DNA of 64,000 bases from Gemmatimonadota bacterium (GTDB lineage: Bacteria; Gemmatimonadota; Gemmatimonadetes; Gemmatimonadales; GWC2-71-9), in contig JAZDCY010000004.1 of assembly GCA_036679645.1 (NCBI GenBank), forward strand, positions 31,733 through 95,732, given 5' to 3'. This document shows, in pieces, positions 18,842 to 28,527 of this stretch. How positions within the stretch are numbered: the first letter of the stretch is position 1; every line of letters begins with the position of its first letter. Below the pieces are notes generated by a model that saw only the letters and a program-made list of their open reading frames with translations, was not told where the DNA came from and ran no database searches. The position numbers and the translations under genes were made by a program.

Positions 18842-20518
18842 ATGCGGCCGTTGCGTACTGAGGGACGCGGTGGCGTCGCGCCACACGTGACGCAGCCGAA
18901 TCCCCTGCGTTTGCTCCAGTGGGTGTATGTCGGGCGCGTGCTGTTGGCGACGGTCGTCTTCGTGACGGCGGCGTTCTACTTCCAGGCCATCCCACCTGTC
19001 CTCATCCTCACCCTGGCCATTGCGGCACTGGCGTCGCTGGTCGTGAGCGGCGGATCGGTTTTCTACACTCATATAGCGCGACGTCCGCCGACGGCGACGT
19101 TCATCTACGTGCAGGCAATGTTCGACCTCGCGCTCGTTACGACAGTGGTTCACGTGACGGGCGGTGCGGAGAGCGATTTTCTCCCCCTTTACATCCTCGT
19201 GATCGGCGTCTCGTCGGTGCTCCTGCCCCTGCCGTCGAGCCTCCTCGTCACAACCCTCGCGAGTTCCGTGTTCGTCGCAGATGTCATCATCGGGTTTCCC
19301 ACCCAGCTCGATCTCGCGGTGTGGCTCCAAATTGGCGTCTTCGTCGCGGTTGCGGTCGCGACGGGATGGCTCGTCAGTCGGGTGCGAGTGGTGGGCGAGG
19401 AGCACGAGGAGCTGCGGGAGGAGGTCCAGCGCCTGCGGCTCCAGGCCGATGACATTCTCCGGAACATCAGCAGTGGGGTAGTGACCGTCGACGGAGACGG
19501 GAACCTAGCCTACGCAAACCTGTCCGCCGAGCGCCTGTTGTCTTTTCCGGCGGCCGAGTTCCTGGGTCGCCCGGTGATGGACTTCCTGGAGAGCCGCTGC
19601 GAGGAGCTTGCCGCGGCCATTTGGGCGACGCAACGCGAGGGGCGACGCGCCTTCCGCGTCGAGGGGTCGCTCGAAACGGAAGGACGAACGCTCACCGTCG
19701 GTATGACGACAACGGCGCTAGAGGTTGCGTCCGACACCCTTCCGTCCGTCACCGCGATCTTCACCGACATCTCGGATCAGAAACGGATCGAGGAGTTGAG
19801 CCGTCGCGCGGAGCGTCTGGAGGCCGTCGCGGCACTCTCGGCGTCACTTGCCCACGAGATCAAGAACCCGCTGGCATCGATCCGGTCGTCGGTCGAACAG
19901 CTGGCGGAGTCCTTGCACGCTGGAGAAGATGAGCGGTTCCTAGGTCAACTCGTGATGCGGGAGAGCGACCGGCTCAGTCGGATCCTCAATGAATTTCTCG
20001 ATTTTGCCCGCGTGCGCGTGGCGCTTTCCAAGCCGGTAGATCTCGGGCGCGTCCTCCGGTCGGCCGTCGACGTCGTCCGTCAGCACCCCGCCTGTGATGA
20101 GCGAACGGAGATTGCAATCGAGGGGGATTGTCCAATCGTCAAAGGCGATGAAGATCTGCTCCATCGCGTTATCGTGAATCTACTGTTGAACGCGGTGCAG
20201 GCCGCCGAGGGTGGCGCTCACATCGTCGTGGAGGCACGCGGCGCGCAACCGGAAGACCTGCCTGCGGGGGTTACGATGCGCCCCGCCGTATTGTTGCGCG
20301 TGAGCGATGACGGTCCGGGCATCCCTGCGGATTTGCGTGACCGGCTCTTCGATCCGTTCGTGACGGGCCGCGTGGGCGGGTCGGGACTGGGGCTCGCCAT
20401 CGTCCAGCGCGCTGTTGAGGCGCACAAGGGCTTCATTCTCGTCGAGACCGCTCTCGCGCAGGGAACGTCCTTTACCGTGCTGCTTCCCGGTGGCGGAAGC
20501 AGCGAGGTCGCGGCATGA
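18842..20518 (+). CDS. pilS: PilS-like sensor histidine kinase (6 TM, PAS, HisKA, HATPase)
   Basis: VHVTGGAES TM motif, AHEIKNPL, NLLLNA, DDGPG, FDPFVT, GLGLAI. Lies within the pilus locus. Start is ATG 18842 or GTG 18887. Confidence 0.85.
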   Translation: MRPLRTEGRGGVAPHVTQPNPLRLLQWVYVGRVLLATVVFVTAAFYFQAIPPVLILTLAIAALASLVVSGGSVFYTHIARRPPTATFIYVQAMFDLALVTTVVHVTGGAESDFLPLYILVIGVSSVLLPLPSSLLVTTLASSVFVADVIIGFPTQLDLAVWLQIGVFVAVAVATGWLVSRVRVVGEEHEELREEVQRLRLQADDILRNISSGVVTVDGDGNLAYANLSAERLLSFPAAEFLGRPVMDFLESRCEELAAAIWATQREGRRAFRVEGSLETEGRTLTVGMTTTALEVASDTLPSVTAIFTDISDQKRIEELSRRAERLEAVAALSASLAHEIKNPLASIRSSVEQLAESLHAGEDERFLGQLVMRESDRLSRILNEFLDFARVRVALSKPVDLGRVLRSAVDVVRQHPACDERTEIAIEGDCPIVKGDEDLLHRVIVNLLLNAVQAAEGGAHIVVEARGAQPEDLPAGVTMRPAVLLRVSDDGPGIPADLRDRLFDPFVTGRVGGSGLGLAIVQRAVEAHKGFILVETALAQGTSFTVLLPGGGSSEVAA

Positions 20519-21891
20519 GTCATCAGCCTTCGATTCTCGTCATCGATGACGAGTCCGGGATTCTCGACACGCTCCGTATCCTGCTCAAGAACTCGGGTTT
20601 CCAAGTGGAGACGGCACAAGGTGGGAATGCCGGTCTCTCCGCGGTGAAAAGCAATCCGCCCGACATCGTGCTTACCGATGTCCGTATGCCGCAGGTAACC
20701 GGGATCCAGATCCTGGAAGCCGTGCGGGAAGTGGATGGGGAGACACCGGTCATTCTCATGACAGCGCAAGCGTCGTTGCAGACGGCCATCCAGGCGGTCA
20801 ACCAAGGGGCGTTCCATTATATCCAGAAGCCCTTCTCTAACGACGACATGATCGCGATCTGCCGGCGCGCGGCCGAATACCGCCAGCTCCGCTCGGAAAA
20901 CAAGCACCTGAAGCAGGAGATCCGCCGTCACCAGCGCGGTCGCGCCATCAAGCCGCTTGGGAAGGCGAAGCGGTTCCTCGAAGTGATTGCCTTGACGGAG
21001 CAGGTCGCACCGACCGACTCGACCGTCCTGATCCGGGGCGAGAGCGGGACCGGCAAGGAGGTCGTTGCGAGATACATCCACGAGCTGTCGCGTCGTACTG
21101 ATGGGCCGTTCTTCTCCATCAACTGTGGCGCGCTACCGGAGAGCTTGCTCGAGTCGGAGCTGTTCGGGCACGTCAAGGGCGCTTTCACCGGCGCGGTTCG
21201 CGACAAGCAGGGGCTGTTCTCCGCGGCGGGCGGGGGCACCTTCTTCCTGGATGAGATAGGGGAGATGTACCCGTCTACCCAGGTCAAGCTGCTGCGCGTG
21301 CTGCAAGAGCGCGAAGTGTTGCCTGTCGGTGGAACCGAACCGATTCCCGTGGACGTGCGCGTCCTCGCCGCGACCAATAAGGATCTCGAGGAGGAGATTC
21401 GGGCGGGCCGTTTTCGATCAGATCTCTACTACCGGCTCAATGTGATCTCGCTCTACCTCCCCACGCTGCGGGACCGGCGCGAGGACATCTCGCTGCTTGC
21501 GGAGGCGTTCCTGCAGCGGTTCGCCGCGGAGCGCGACGAGCCGGCACGTCTACTGTCGGAAGACGCGCGGGACGCGGTGCTCGTCTACGACTGGCCCGGG
21601 AACGTCCGCGAGCTGGAGAACGCGCTGGAGCACGCCGTGGTTCTTTCACACGGACCGGAGATCACCGCCGCCAGTCTTCCCGAGCGGATCGCGGCGCGCA
21701 AATCGGAGCCACTCGTCTCCGAACGGCAGCATGAGACCCCCACTCTCGAGGCGATCGAGCAGGCCTACATCATGTGGGTGCTACAGAACGAGGGTGGAAA
21801 CAAGTCGCGTGCGGCACAGGTGCTCGGCATCGATCCGTCGACACTCTATCGCAAACTGTCCCGGTATGACGCAGGCGTTGAGCCAGCCTGA
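20515..21891 (+). CDS. pilR: PilR-like sigma54-dependent response regulator
   Basis: Receiver (DD, D, K), GESGTGKE, ESELFGHVKGAFTGA, WPGNVREL and a Fis-type HTH. Confidence 0.85.
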   Translation: MSHQPSILVIDDESGILDTLRILLKNSGFQVETAQGGNAGLSAVKSNPPDIVLTDVRMPQVTGIQILEAVREVDGETPVILMTAQASLQTAIQAVNQGAFHYIQKPFSNDDMIAICRRAAEYRQLRSENKHLKQEIRRHQRGRAIKPLGKAKRFLEVIALTEQVAPTDSTVLIRGESGTGKEVVARYIHELSRRTDGPFFSINCGALPESLLESELFGHVKGAFTGAVRDKQGLFSAAGGGTFFLDEIGEMYPSTQVKLLRVLQEREVLPVGGTEPIPVDVRVLAATNKDLEEEIRAGRFRSDLYYRLNVISLYLPTLRDRREDISLLAEAFLQRFAAERDEPARLLSEDARDAVLVYDWPGNVRELENALEHAVVLSHGPEITAASLPERIAARKSEPLVSERQHETPTLEAIEQAYIMWVLQNEGGNKSRAAQVLGIDPSTLYRKLSRYDAGVEPA

Positions 21892-22609
21892 CCGGTTGCG
21901 CCTGCCTGCCCAAGACGAAGTCGGCGCCGGGACGCTCGAGCGGCTAGCGACGGCGGAGCGATTCAACCGCTGGATGTACGACCGCCTCGCGCGCTGGCTC
22001 GGTGACGAGGTGCTCGAGGTCGGCTCGGGGATCGGTAACCTGTCGCAGTTCCTCATGGGCCGTCGACGCGTTGTCTTGACGGACGCGGAAACGGCATACC
22101 GGTCGTATCTCGAAGAGCGGTTTGGTCACGTGCCGGGTGTCCGCGTCACGTCGCTTACACTGCCCGAGCTGCCGGCGGATCTCACGGACGAGCCTTTCGA
22201 TAGCGTGATGTGCCTCAACGTGCTGGAGCATATCGAACGAGACGTAGATTCCCTCATCGCAATGCGATCGTTGTTGCGGCCGGGCGGTGCAGTCGTGCTT
22301 CTCGTGCCGGCTCTGTCGTTCCTCTACGGGGAGCTGGATCGACAGCTCGGTCACGTTAGACGCTATACGCCCGAGATGGTGCGGGAGCGGTACGCGCGGG
22401 CGGGGCTCGCTGTCCGACACGTGGAGTACTTTAATCTCGCCGGCGTTCCGGGGTGGTGGTTCGTCGGTCGGGTGCTCAAGCGCGCGATCATCCCCACGTC
22501 GAGCCTCCGGCTGTACGACGCGTTGGTGCCGCTGTTTCGGCTCGAGCGGCTGCTCCCTTGGCGTCTCGGGCAGTCGATCATCGCGATTGGCGGGCGCGAG
22601 GCGGGATGA
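21866..22609 (+). CDS. Class I SAM-dependent methyltransferase
   Basis: [33 protein letters not shown]. Confidence 0.85.
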   Translation: MTQALSQPDRLRLPAQDEVGAGTLERLATAERFNRWMYDRLARWLGDEVLEVGSGIGNLSQFLMGRRRVVLTDAETAYRSYLEERFGHVPGVRVTSLTLPELPADLTDEPFDSVMCLNVLEHIERDVDSLIAMRSLLRPGGAVVLLVPALSFLYGELDRQLGHVRRYTPEMVRERYARAGLAVRHVEYFNLAGVPGWWFVGRVLKRAIIPTSSLRLYDALVPLFRLERLLPWRLGQSIIAIGGREAG

Positions 22610-23343
22610 TCCCCTCCGATTTCAACGACATTGTCCTCAGCGTCATCGTCCCGGCGTACAACGAAGCGGAAACGGTCGAGGCTGCCGTGCGCCGCCTGCT
22701 CGATGTTCCCCTCAAGATCGAGGTCGTGGCCATCAACGACCACTCGACCGATCGGACGGGTGAGATTCTCGATCGGCTCTGCAACGACGGATTGATTCGG
22801 CACGTGGTACATCAACCTCGAAACATGGGGAAGGGAGCCGCCGTCCGCGCCGGGATCCTAGCAGCGACGGGGCACGTGATCGTAGTGCAGGATGCGGATC
22901 TCGAGTACGATCCGCAGGAGTTTCCTACTCTACTCGATCCGATCCGCCAGAATCGGGCGGACGCGGTCTACGGCTCGCGCTTTCAGAGCGGCCCGCGACG
23001 GGTGCTCTATTTCTGGCACTCCGTGGGCAATCGCCTCCTCACGCTCCTCTCGAACATGCTCACCGATCTCAACCTGAGCGACATGGAGACGTGCTACAAG
23101 ATGGTCCGCGCAGACGTACTGAAGTCCCTACCCTTGGTGTCGAATCGATTCGGATTCGAGGTGGAGGTGACGGCGCGGCTGGCCAAGGCCGGTGCGCGCA
23201 TCTGGGAGATCCCAATCAGCTACAGTGGCCGGACCTACGCCGAGGGGAAGAAGATCGACTGGCGGGATGGGGCGGCGGCTCTATGGCACATCATCCGCTT
23301 CAACATCTTCTCTGGCGGGCGCACGCGCGACACCACGCCGTGA
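22606..23343 (+). CDS. GT2 polyprenol-phosphate glycosyltransferase (Dpm1-like)
   Basis: [50 protein letters not shown]. Confidence 0.9.
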   Translation: MIPSDFNDIVLSVIVPAYNEAETVEAAVRRLLDVPLKIEVVAINDHSTDRTGEILDRLCNDGLIRHVVHQPRNMGKGAAVRAGILAATGHVIVVQDADLEYDPQEFPTLLDPIRQNRADAVYGSRFQSGPRRVLYFWHSVGNRLLTLLSNMLTDLNLSDMETCYKMVRADVLKSLPLVSNRFGFEVEVTARLAKAGARIWEIPISYSGRTYAEGKKIDWRDGAAALWHIIRFNIFSGGRTRDTTP

Positions 23344-25331
23344 GCGTCGGCCGGCTCCTGGCGGGAGTGGCCGTCGCAGGTGCGGTGTGGTCGGCGATTC
23401 CGTTTTCCCTGTGGTGGCTGGACACCGACTCGTCCGTCGTGACGGGGGCATGGAGCACGTGGGTATGGGGGGCGGTCGTGGTGCTCGGGATGACCGCTGT
23501 GTTGGTGATCCTCTCCAAGGGCCGGGTGACGGTGTGGCTGGTGGACGCATGGCGACGCACCCTGGGCAGACTCTCCGGTCGCATGACGATGATCCTGGCC
23601 GGTGCGGCGGTGGCCGTGTTCGCGACGCTGGTCTTTCTGTTCGTGTTTGCCGGCAACCCGCGAAGCGTCGACGGGTTTGCGCAGTTGTTCCACGCCAGAA
23701 TCCTGCTCGAGGGCCGGCTGTGGCTGGAGCCGCCACTGGAGTTGGCCAACTTTGGCACGCTGCACATGGTGCTGGGTCCGGAGCGGTGGTACTCGCAGTA
23801 TCCACCCGGTCAGCCGCTCCTCCTCGCCATAGGGTTGTTCCTGGGGATGTGGTGGATCATTCAACCCCTCTTGGGCATCCTCCTCGTGATTGCGACGTAT
23901 CGCGTCGCCCGCTGGATGGCGGACGAGACGACGGCCAAGCTCACGGCGTGGTTGATGGCGGTGTGCCCGTTCATCGTCGCCATGACCGCGAGCGAGCTCA
24001 ACCATGTTCCTGCCGCGGTCCTCGGCATTGGCGCGGCCGCCGCCGCGACAATGCTGGATCGACACCGGTGGCCGGGATGGGCGCTCGCCGCAGGAGCGTC
24101 GCTCGGATTGATGGTCGCGTTCCGACCGCTGGACGCGGTGGCGGCGGCGCTGCCCGTGACCGCCGTGATGCTGCTGACGGCCAGGCGGCGAATGGGAGCG
24201 CTGGCCCTGATTGGAGCTGGAGGAGTGGCCGGTACGCTCCCCACGCTCTGGTTCAACGCCCAGACGACTGGATCCTGGAGCCAGTTCGGATACAGCCACC
24301 TGTGGGGAAGCGGCATCGGGCTCGGGTTCCATGACACACCGTGGGGTGTCCCGCTCACCCCGCTGCGCGCGGTCGCGCTGACCGGCCTCGACCTGCACCA
24401 GGTGAACGTGTACTTGTTCGACCTGCCGTTTCCATTGCTCTTCGTGATCGCAGCGGGATTCGTGCTGGGTTTGCGTCAGACGAGCCGTCGTGACCTGACT
24501 CCCTTCGTGGGCGTGCTCGCGCTCATGGGGCTGCTCTTTTTCTACTTCCATCGGGATGTGTTCTACGGCCCACGACTCCTGTTCAGCGTCGTCCCGTGGT
24601 TCGTCCTGCTTTTCGCGCGCGCGGTAGTCCTGATGCGACGTTGGGGCTCGCCAACGGCATCCGGCACACCCCGCGGCATGGTCGCGGTGATGGCGGTCGT
24701 ACTTGCGATGGCGACGGGCCTGGTCGCCATCGCGCCCAGCCGCTTGGCCGCGTACCGCGCATCGACACCCATGCTTAGCCTCCATCCCGCGCGCGACGCG
24801 GCCCGTGCGGGCATTCATAATGCCGTGGTCCTCATTCCCGATGGGTGGGGTACGAGGCTAATTGCCCGCATGTGGGAGCGGGGTGTCCCTGTCAGACGCA
24901 CCGGCCGACTCTACGCGGCGATCGACGCTTGCACCCTGCAAGGCGCGCTCGATGCGGCGGAGCGCGACGGCACGGCGAGCACCAAGCTCGTCACACTGCT
25001 CGATACGCTGGCCGCGCTGAAGCGCCCAGGCGTTCCCGCGGGACTTACCGAAGACCGCAACCTGCGCATCCCGACCTGGGAGCCACTCCGTCCCGAGTGC
25101 GTCGACGAGGTTGTCTTCGATCGCACCGGGTTCCTCGCCTTTGCGCCGTTTCTCTACCTCAACAACGCGTCGCTCGACGGGGATATCGTCTGGGCGAGAG
25201 ACCTGCGCGATGGCAATGGTCGTTTGCTGGTCCGATATCCCGAGCGGGCAGTCTTTCGCTATGCTCCGGACACGCCGGGCGGGATGCCCGCGTTCCATCC
25301 GGTGGCCCGGAGCACACGCGGGAATCGATAG
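23340..25331 (+). CDS. Polytopic GT-C (ArnT/PMT-like) membrane glycosyltransferase
   Basis: More than 10 TM segments, a conserved D in the first loop, SQYPPG, RP and YGPR motifs. GTGA-coupled to the GT2 gene. Confidence 0.65.
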   Translation: MSVGRLLAGVAVAGAVWSAIPFSLWWLDTDSSVVTGAWSTWVWGAVVVLGMTAVLVILSKGRVTVWLVDAWRRTLGRLSGRMTMILAGAAVAVFATLVFLFVFAGNPRSVDGFAQLFHARILLEGRLWLEPPLELANFGTLHMVLGPERWYSQYPPGQPLLLAIGLFLGMWWIIQPLLGILLVIATYRVARWMADETTAKLTAWLMAVCPFIVAMTASELNHVPAAVLGIGAAAAATMLDRHRWPGWALAAGASLGLMVAFRPLDAVAAALPVTAVMLLTARRRMGALALIGAGGVAGTLPTLWFNAQTTGSWSQFGYSHLWGSGIGLGFHDTPWGVPLTPLRAVALTGLDLHQVNVYLFDLPFPLLFVIAAGFVLGLRQTSRRDLTPFVGVLALMGLLFFYFHRDVFYGPRLLFSVVPWFVLLFARAVVLMRRWGSPTASGTPRGMVAVMAVVLAMATGLVAIAPSRLAAYRASTPMLSLHPARDAARAGIHNAVVLIPDGWGTRLIARMWERGVPVRRTGRLYAAIDACTLQGALDAAERDGTASTKLVTLLDTLAALKRPGVPAGLTEDRNLRIPTWEPLRPECVDEVVFDRTGFLAFAPFLYLNNASLDGDIVWARDLRDGNGRLLVRYPERAVFRYAPDTPGGMPAFHPVARSTRGNR

Positions 25332-25470
25332 GGCGTGATTTCTCCTGGGCCGGGGCGGTCCGGGGGGAGTTCAGGCGTGCCATGGCCCGCCTCGCGAACC
25401 GCAAGGGGCCTTGCAATTAGCCCCCGATCGGCCTTACCGCCGGAGTTGGTCTGGCTCGGTACCAGCCACG

Positions 25471-25528
25471 TAACTCGTTAATCTACGGTATCTTACTGGC
25501 ATTCTCTGCGATTGGCATACTCGTTGCT
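25471..25528 (+). promoter_or_regulatory. Sigma54 promoter of the major pilin with an upstream IHF-like site
   Basis: TGGCAT-ACTCG-TTGC at 25513-25527 (GG-N10-GC). TAACTCGTTAATC at 25471-25483 resembles an IHF site on the reverse strand. PilR is encoded nearby. Confidence 0.75.
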
Positions 25529-25599
25529 TTCACCAGGAGACGGAAGGTAGGCTGCCGCGGGATGTGCCCGTGGTGATCACTTCAACAGAGGAGTTTGGA

Positions 25600-25992
25600 A
25601 TGTTGCGTAATTCCAAGGGTTTCACGCTCATCGAGCTGTTGATCGTGGTCGTGATCATCGGCATCCTTGCGGCGATCGCGATTCCGAAGTTCGCGAGCAC
25701 CAAGGAGAAGGCGTACGTGGCCGCGATGAAGAGCGATCTCAAGAACTTCGTCACGGCAGAGGAGTCGTACTTCGCGGACTTCAATACCTACGGTACCGCG
25801 GCGAACGTGGTGGCGGCCGGCGCCTTCAGCGGCACCACGAACGTGACTCTGGTGTCCACCGATGGGACCGCCACTGGCTTCTCAGCCACGGCGACGCATC
25901 CCGGTGCTGCCGGCAAGAACTGCGGTGTGTACGTCGGTACGGCAACGGCGCCGGCGATGGTCTCGAATGAAGGTGAAGTGGCCTGTAACTAG
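25600..25992 (+). CDS. pilA: Type IVa major pilin 1
   Basis: Class III signal KG|FTLIELLIVVVIIGILAAIAIPKF, a C-terminal Cys pair, and RBS AGAGGAG. Confidence 0.92.
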   Translation: MLRNSKGFTLIELLIVVVIIGILAAIAIPKFASTKEKAYVAAMKSDLKNFVTAEESYFADFNTYGTAANVVAAGAFSGTTNVTLVSTDGTATGFSATATHPGAAGKNCGVYVGTATAPAMVSNEGEVACN

Positions 25993-26088
25993 GATCCTTT
26001 CGCAAATCGTGAGGAGTCCCGCGTCGGGCGGCCTTGGCTCTAGCCCTGGGCGCTCGGCGCGGACTCGCTTCTAGAGGAGTCTCAACCG

Positions 26089-26478
26089 ATGGACCGACGC
26101 GGATTTACACTTATCGAGTTGCTGATCGTTGTCGTCATCATCGGCATCCTTGCGGCCATCGCGATTCCCAAGTTCGCGAGCACGAAGGAGAAGGCCTACG
26201 TGGCAACGATGAAGACCGATTTGCGTAACCTGGCAACGGCTCAGGAAGCTTACTTCTACGACTACGCCACCTACTACGATGGTGCTGTCCCAAACCTCGC
26301 TTCGTTGCCATACTCGCCGTCGAAGGGTGTGGCCATAGTGCTCTCGAGTGTGAGCATGGTTGGGTGGGCGGCAGTCGCCACACATAGTGGAGCGATCGGT
26401 GCCTCGTGCGCGCTTTTCTTCGGTTCGGCGGCGGCACCGGCGCCGGCGTCGACCGAAGGAGAAGTCGCGTGTAACTGA
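26089..26478 (+). CDS. pilA: Type IVa pilin 2 (paralogue of pilin 1)
   Basis: RG|FTLIELLIVVVIIGILAAIAIPKFASTKEKAYV, C-terminal EGEVACN, and its own RBS. Confidence 0.9.
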   Translation: MDRRGFTLIELLIVVVIIGILAAIAIPKFASTKEKAYVATMKTDLRNLATAQEAYFYDYATYYDGAVPNLASLPYSPSKGVAIVLSSVSMVGWAAVATHSGAIGASCALFFGSAAAPAPASTEGEVACN

Positions 26479-26499
26479 CGGGTACCACAGTTGATATTG

Positions 26500-26535
26500 A
26501 GAGGGTGGTCGGCGTTGTCCGATCACCCTCTTTTG
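26500..26535 (+). terminator. Intrinsic terminator after the pilin pair
   Basis: AGAGGGTGGTCGG / CCGATCACCCTCT stem followed by a T run. Confidence 0.75.
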
Positions 26536-26614
26536 CTGGCGGCAGGCGACGTTTTGCTCCCCACGGAGTTGGTGGGATGACGGCTTGCGGCGGCGCGTAT
26601 GTCACATTCTTCCC

Positions 26615-26959
26615 ATGATCGTCCGGCGGCGCGGATATACCCTCATCGAAGTGCTCGTGGCACTGCTGCTGCTAGACGTGGGCCTGCTTGCCCTTGTGGG
26701 GGCCTCAGCCTCGGTGGTCCGCCTGGTGGGTGACGCCACGCTCGCCGGGCACGCGGCAGCGGGCATGGAGGCCCGGCGCGAGGTGTTGTGGAGCGAGCAA
26801 TGTGGCACGATTGGGAGACGGTCGGAGAACGACGGGCTGGTGGATGTCACATGGGAGGCCCGGGGCACGGGTCCCGCCGTCACTCTCATGGTCACCGTGA
26901 CGCGGCGTACTCCCCGCGGTACGCGAACAGATTCGGTAGTCGCCCGGTGCGCTCCGTGA
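26615..26959 (+). CDS. Minor pilin, PilV-like
   Basis: RG|YTLIEVLVALLLL prepilin motif. Confidence 0.75.
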   Translation: MIVRRRGYTLIEVLVALLLLDVGLLALVGASASVVRLVGDATLAGHAAAGMEARREVLWSEQCGTIGRRSENDGLVDVTWEARGTGPAVTLMVTVTRRTPRGTRTDSVVARCAP

Positions 26960-27774
26960 GCCGCCGGGGCTTTACGGTTGTCGAGTTGATCGTCGCCCTG
27001 GTGCTTACGGGCGTCATCGCCACAGCGGCACTGCGAGTGTTCCTCGGGGTGCGGAGTACGTACCAGGCGGTAACCGACAGGCTCGAGCAGAACGCGGTGC
27101 TACGTGATGCAGCCGCGGTGCTCCCCTACGAGTTGCGCGCACTCGGCAGCGGGCCGGGCGCCGTAAGTCAGGATCTCGCGGCGGTGTCGCCGACGTCGGT
27201 GACCTACCGGGCCGTCGCGAATCTCTTCTTTGTCTGTGACGCCTCTGCCGCCCCGACGGGTCGTCTAGTGCTGGACGCCGCGACGTCGTACGGCGTGCGG
27301 TCACTCGATCCAGCCAGAGACTCCGTGCTTGTCTTCACGGTCAATACTGCCGCCCGGCCGGTACGAGGCTCATGGGTCGCCGCCGATCTCCTCGACCTCC
27401 GCGGAACCCCCTGCCCAGGAGGAAGTGCGGGAGTGGAAGTCACGTTGTCTCGCTCAATGGCTGGGGCGGAGTTGGGAACGCCGCTACGAGGGTTCCAGCT
27501 CACGGAAATGAGGCTGTACCGCGATCGTACAGGGGAGCGGTGGATCGGTGCGCGTACCGCTCGCAAGGTGGGTGGGTGGTCTGCGACCCAGCCAATCCTG
27601 GGTCCCCTCGATATCGACGGGCTCCAGGTCGTGGCTTACGATCGGGATGGTGCGATCACGCGCGACCCGGCCAGTGCCGTCAGGCTGGGTGCCACGGTGA
27701 CGGCGCGCGCAACCCGGCGGAGCGGCGCCATTGGGGTCGTGCTGCAGATCGCGCTCAGGAACTCCCGCAGATGA
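26956..27774 (+). CDS. Minor pilin, PilW-like
   Basis: RG|FTVVELIVAL prepilin motif, C-terminal IALRN, GTGA coupling. Confidence 0.75.
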   Translation: MSRRGFTVVELIVALVLTGVIATAALRVFLGVRSTYQAVTDRLEQNAVLRDAAAVLPYELRALGSGPGAVSQDLAAVSPTSVTYRAVANLFFVCDASAAPTGRLVLDAATSYGVRSLDPARDSVLVFTVNTAARPVRGSWVAADLLDLRGTPCPGGSAGVEVTLSRSMAGAELGTPLRGFQLTEMRLYRDRTGERWIGARTARKVGGWSATQPILGPLDIDGLQVVAYDRDGAITRDPASAVRLGATVTARATRRSGAIGVVLQIALRNSRR

Positions 27775-28199
27775 ACCGCAACCGGCACGGCGCCGCCCTC
27801 GCGCTCACCGTGCTACTTCTGGCCATGATGATGACGATGGTAGGCGCCCTGCTGTTTCCGGCGGTGATGGACCGGCGCCTCAGCCGCAACGCGGTGCGCA
27901 TTCACCAGGCGCTGGCCGCCGCGGAGAGCGGAACCGAAGTGGTAGTAGCCGGTTGGGGTCGCACTGATGCGCAGCTCGCTGCCGGGACGGGGGCGGGCGC
28001 GCGGGCGACGTGGTCGTTCGATGGGACGCTCGCGACGGGTTGGTACCGCGGGCAGGTGCGGCGGCTCAACGACCGTCTCTTTCTCATCGTGGCCGAGGGG
28101 TTCTCGAGCGACAGCGTTGCAAGACAACGGGTTGGGCTGCTCGTGCTCGCGGATACAGCGTCGGTAGTGTCGCGCGCAGGGTGGGTCCGGCTGCCGTAG
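27771..28199 (+). CDS. Minor pilin, PilX-like (short)
   Basis: HG|AALALTV lacking Glu5, with an AAESG motif typical of PilX/GspK. ATGA coupling. Confidence 0.7.
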   Translation: MNRNRHGAALALTVLLLAMMMTMVGALLFPAVMDRRLSRNAVRIHQALAAAESGTEVVVAGWGRTDAQLAAGTGAGARATWSFDGTLATGWYRGQVRRLNDRLFLIVAEGFSSDSVARQRVGLLVLADTASVVSRAGWVRLP

Positions 28200-28208
28200 C
28201 AGCTGCCT

Positions 28209-28223
28209 CCCCCCCCCCCCCCC
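28209..28223. repeat. C15 homopolymer
   Basis: 15 consecutive C in the pilX-pilM intergenic region. Confidence 0.9.
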
Positions 28224-28339
28224 GGTCCCTCCTCTCTCCCCGGCCCAATCCGTCAACTCTCCCGTGCCATTGACCGATCATTAACGACGAGGCGCGCGTA
28301 GACCCGCTTCGGTACCTGGTCCAGCTTGGTCGAGCCTCG

Positions 28340-28483
28340 GTGGGTGTGGTAAAGTGTGTGGAAGTTCAGTGGGGGCGCGTGGGATCTTGTGGAAAGTGAC
28401 CTAAGTCACACGTAAGCCTACACTTGTCTAGGTAGCCTTAAAGTAGGTTGGAGCTTGACAAAAAGTGGGGCCGGCCATACTGT
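28340..28483 (+). promoter_or_regulatory. pilM regulatory region: GTGG repeats, CRP-like site and sigma70 promoter
   Basis: GTGG at 28358, 28369, 28379 and 28389. AGTGA-N6-TCACA at 28395-28410. TTGACA(28455)-17 nt-TACTGT(28478). Confidence 0.6.
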
Positions 28484-28527
28484 AGGTTGCCGTTCACCCC
28501 CCTTATCTCGTTGGAGTCTAGGGAGAT

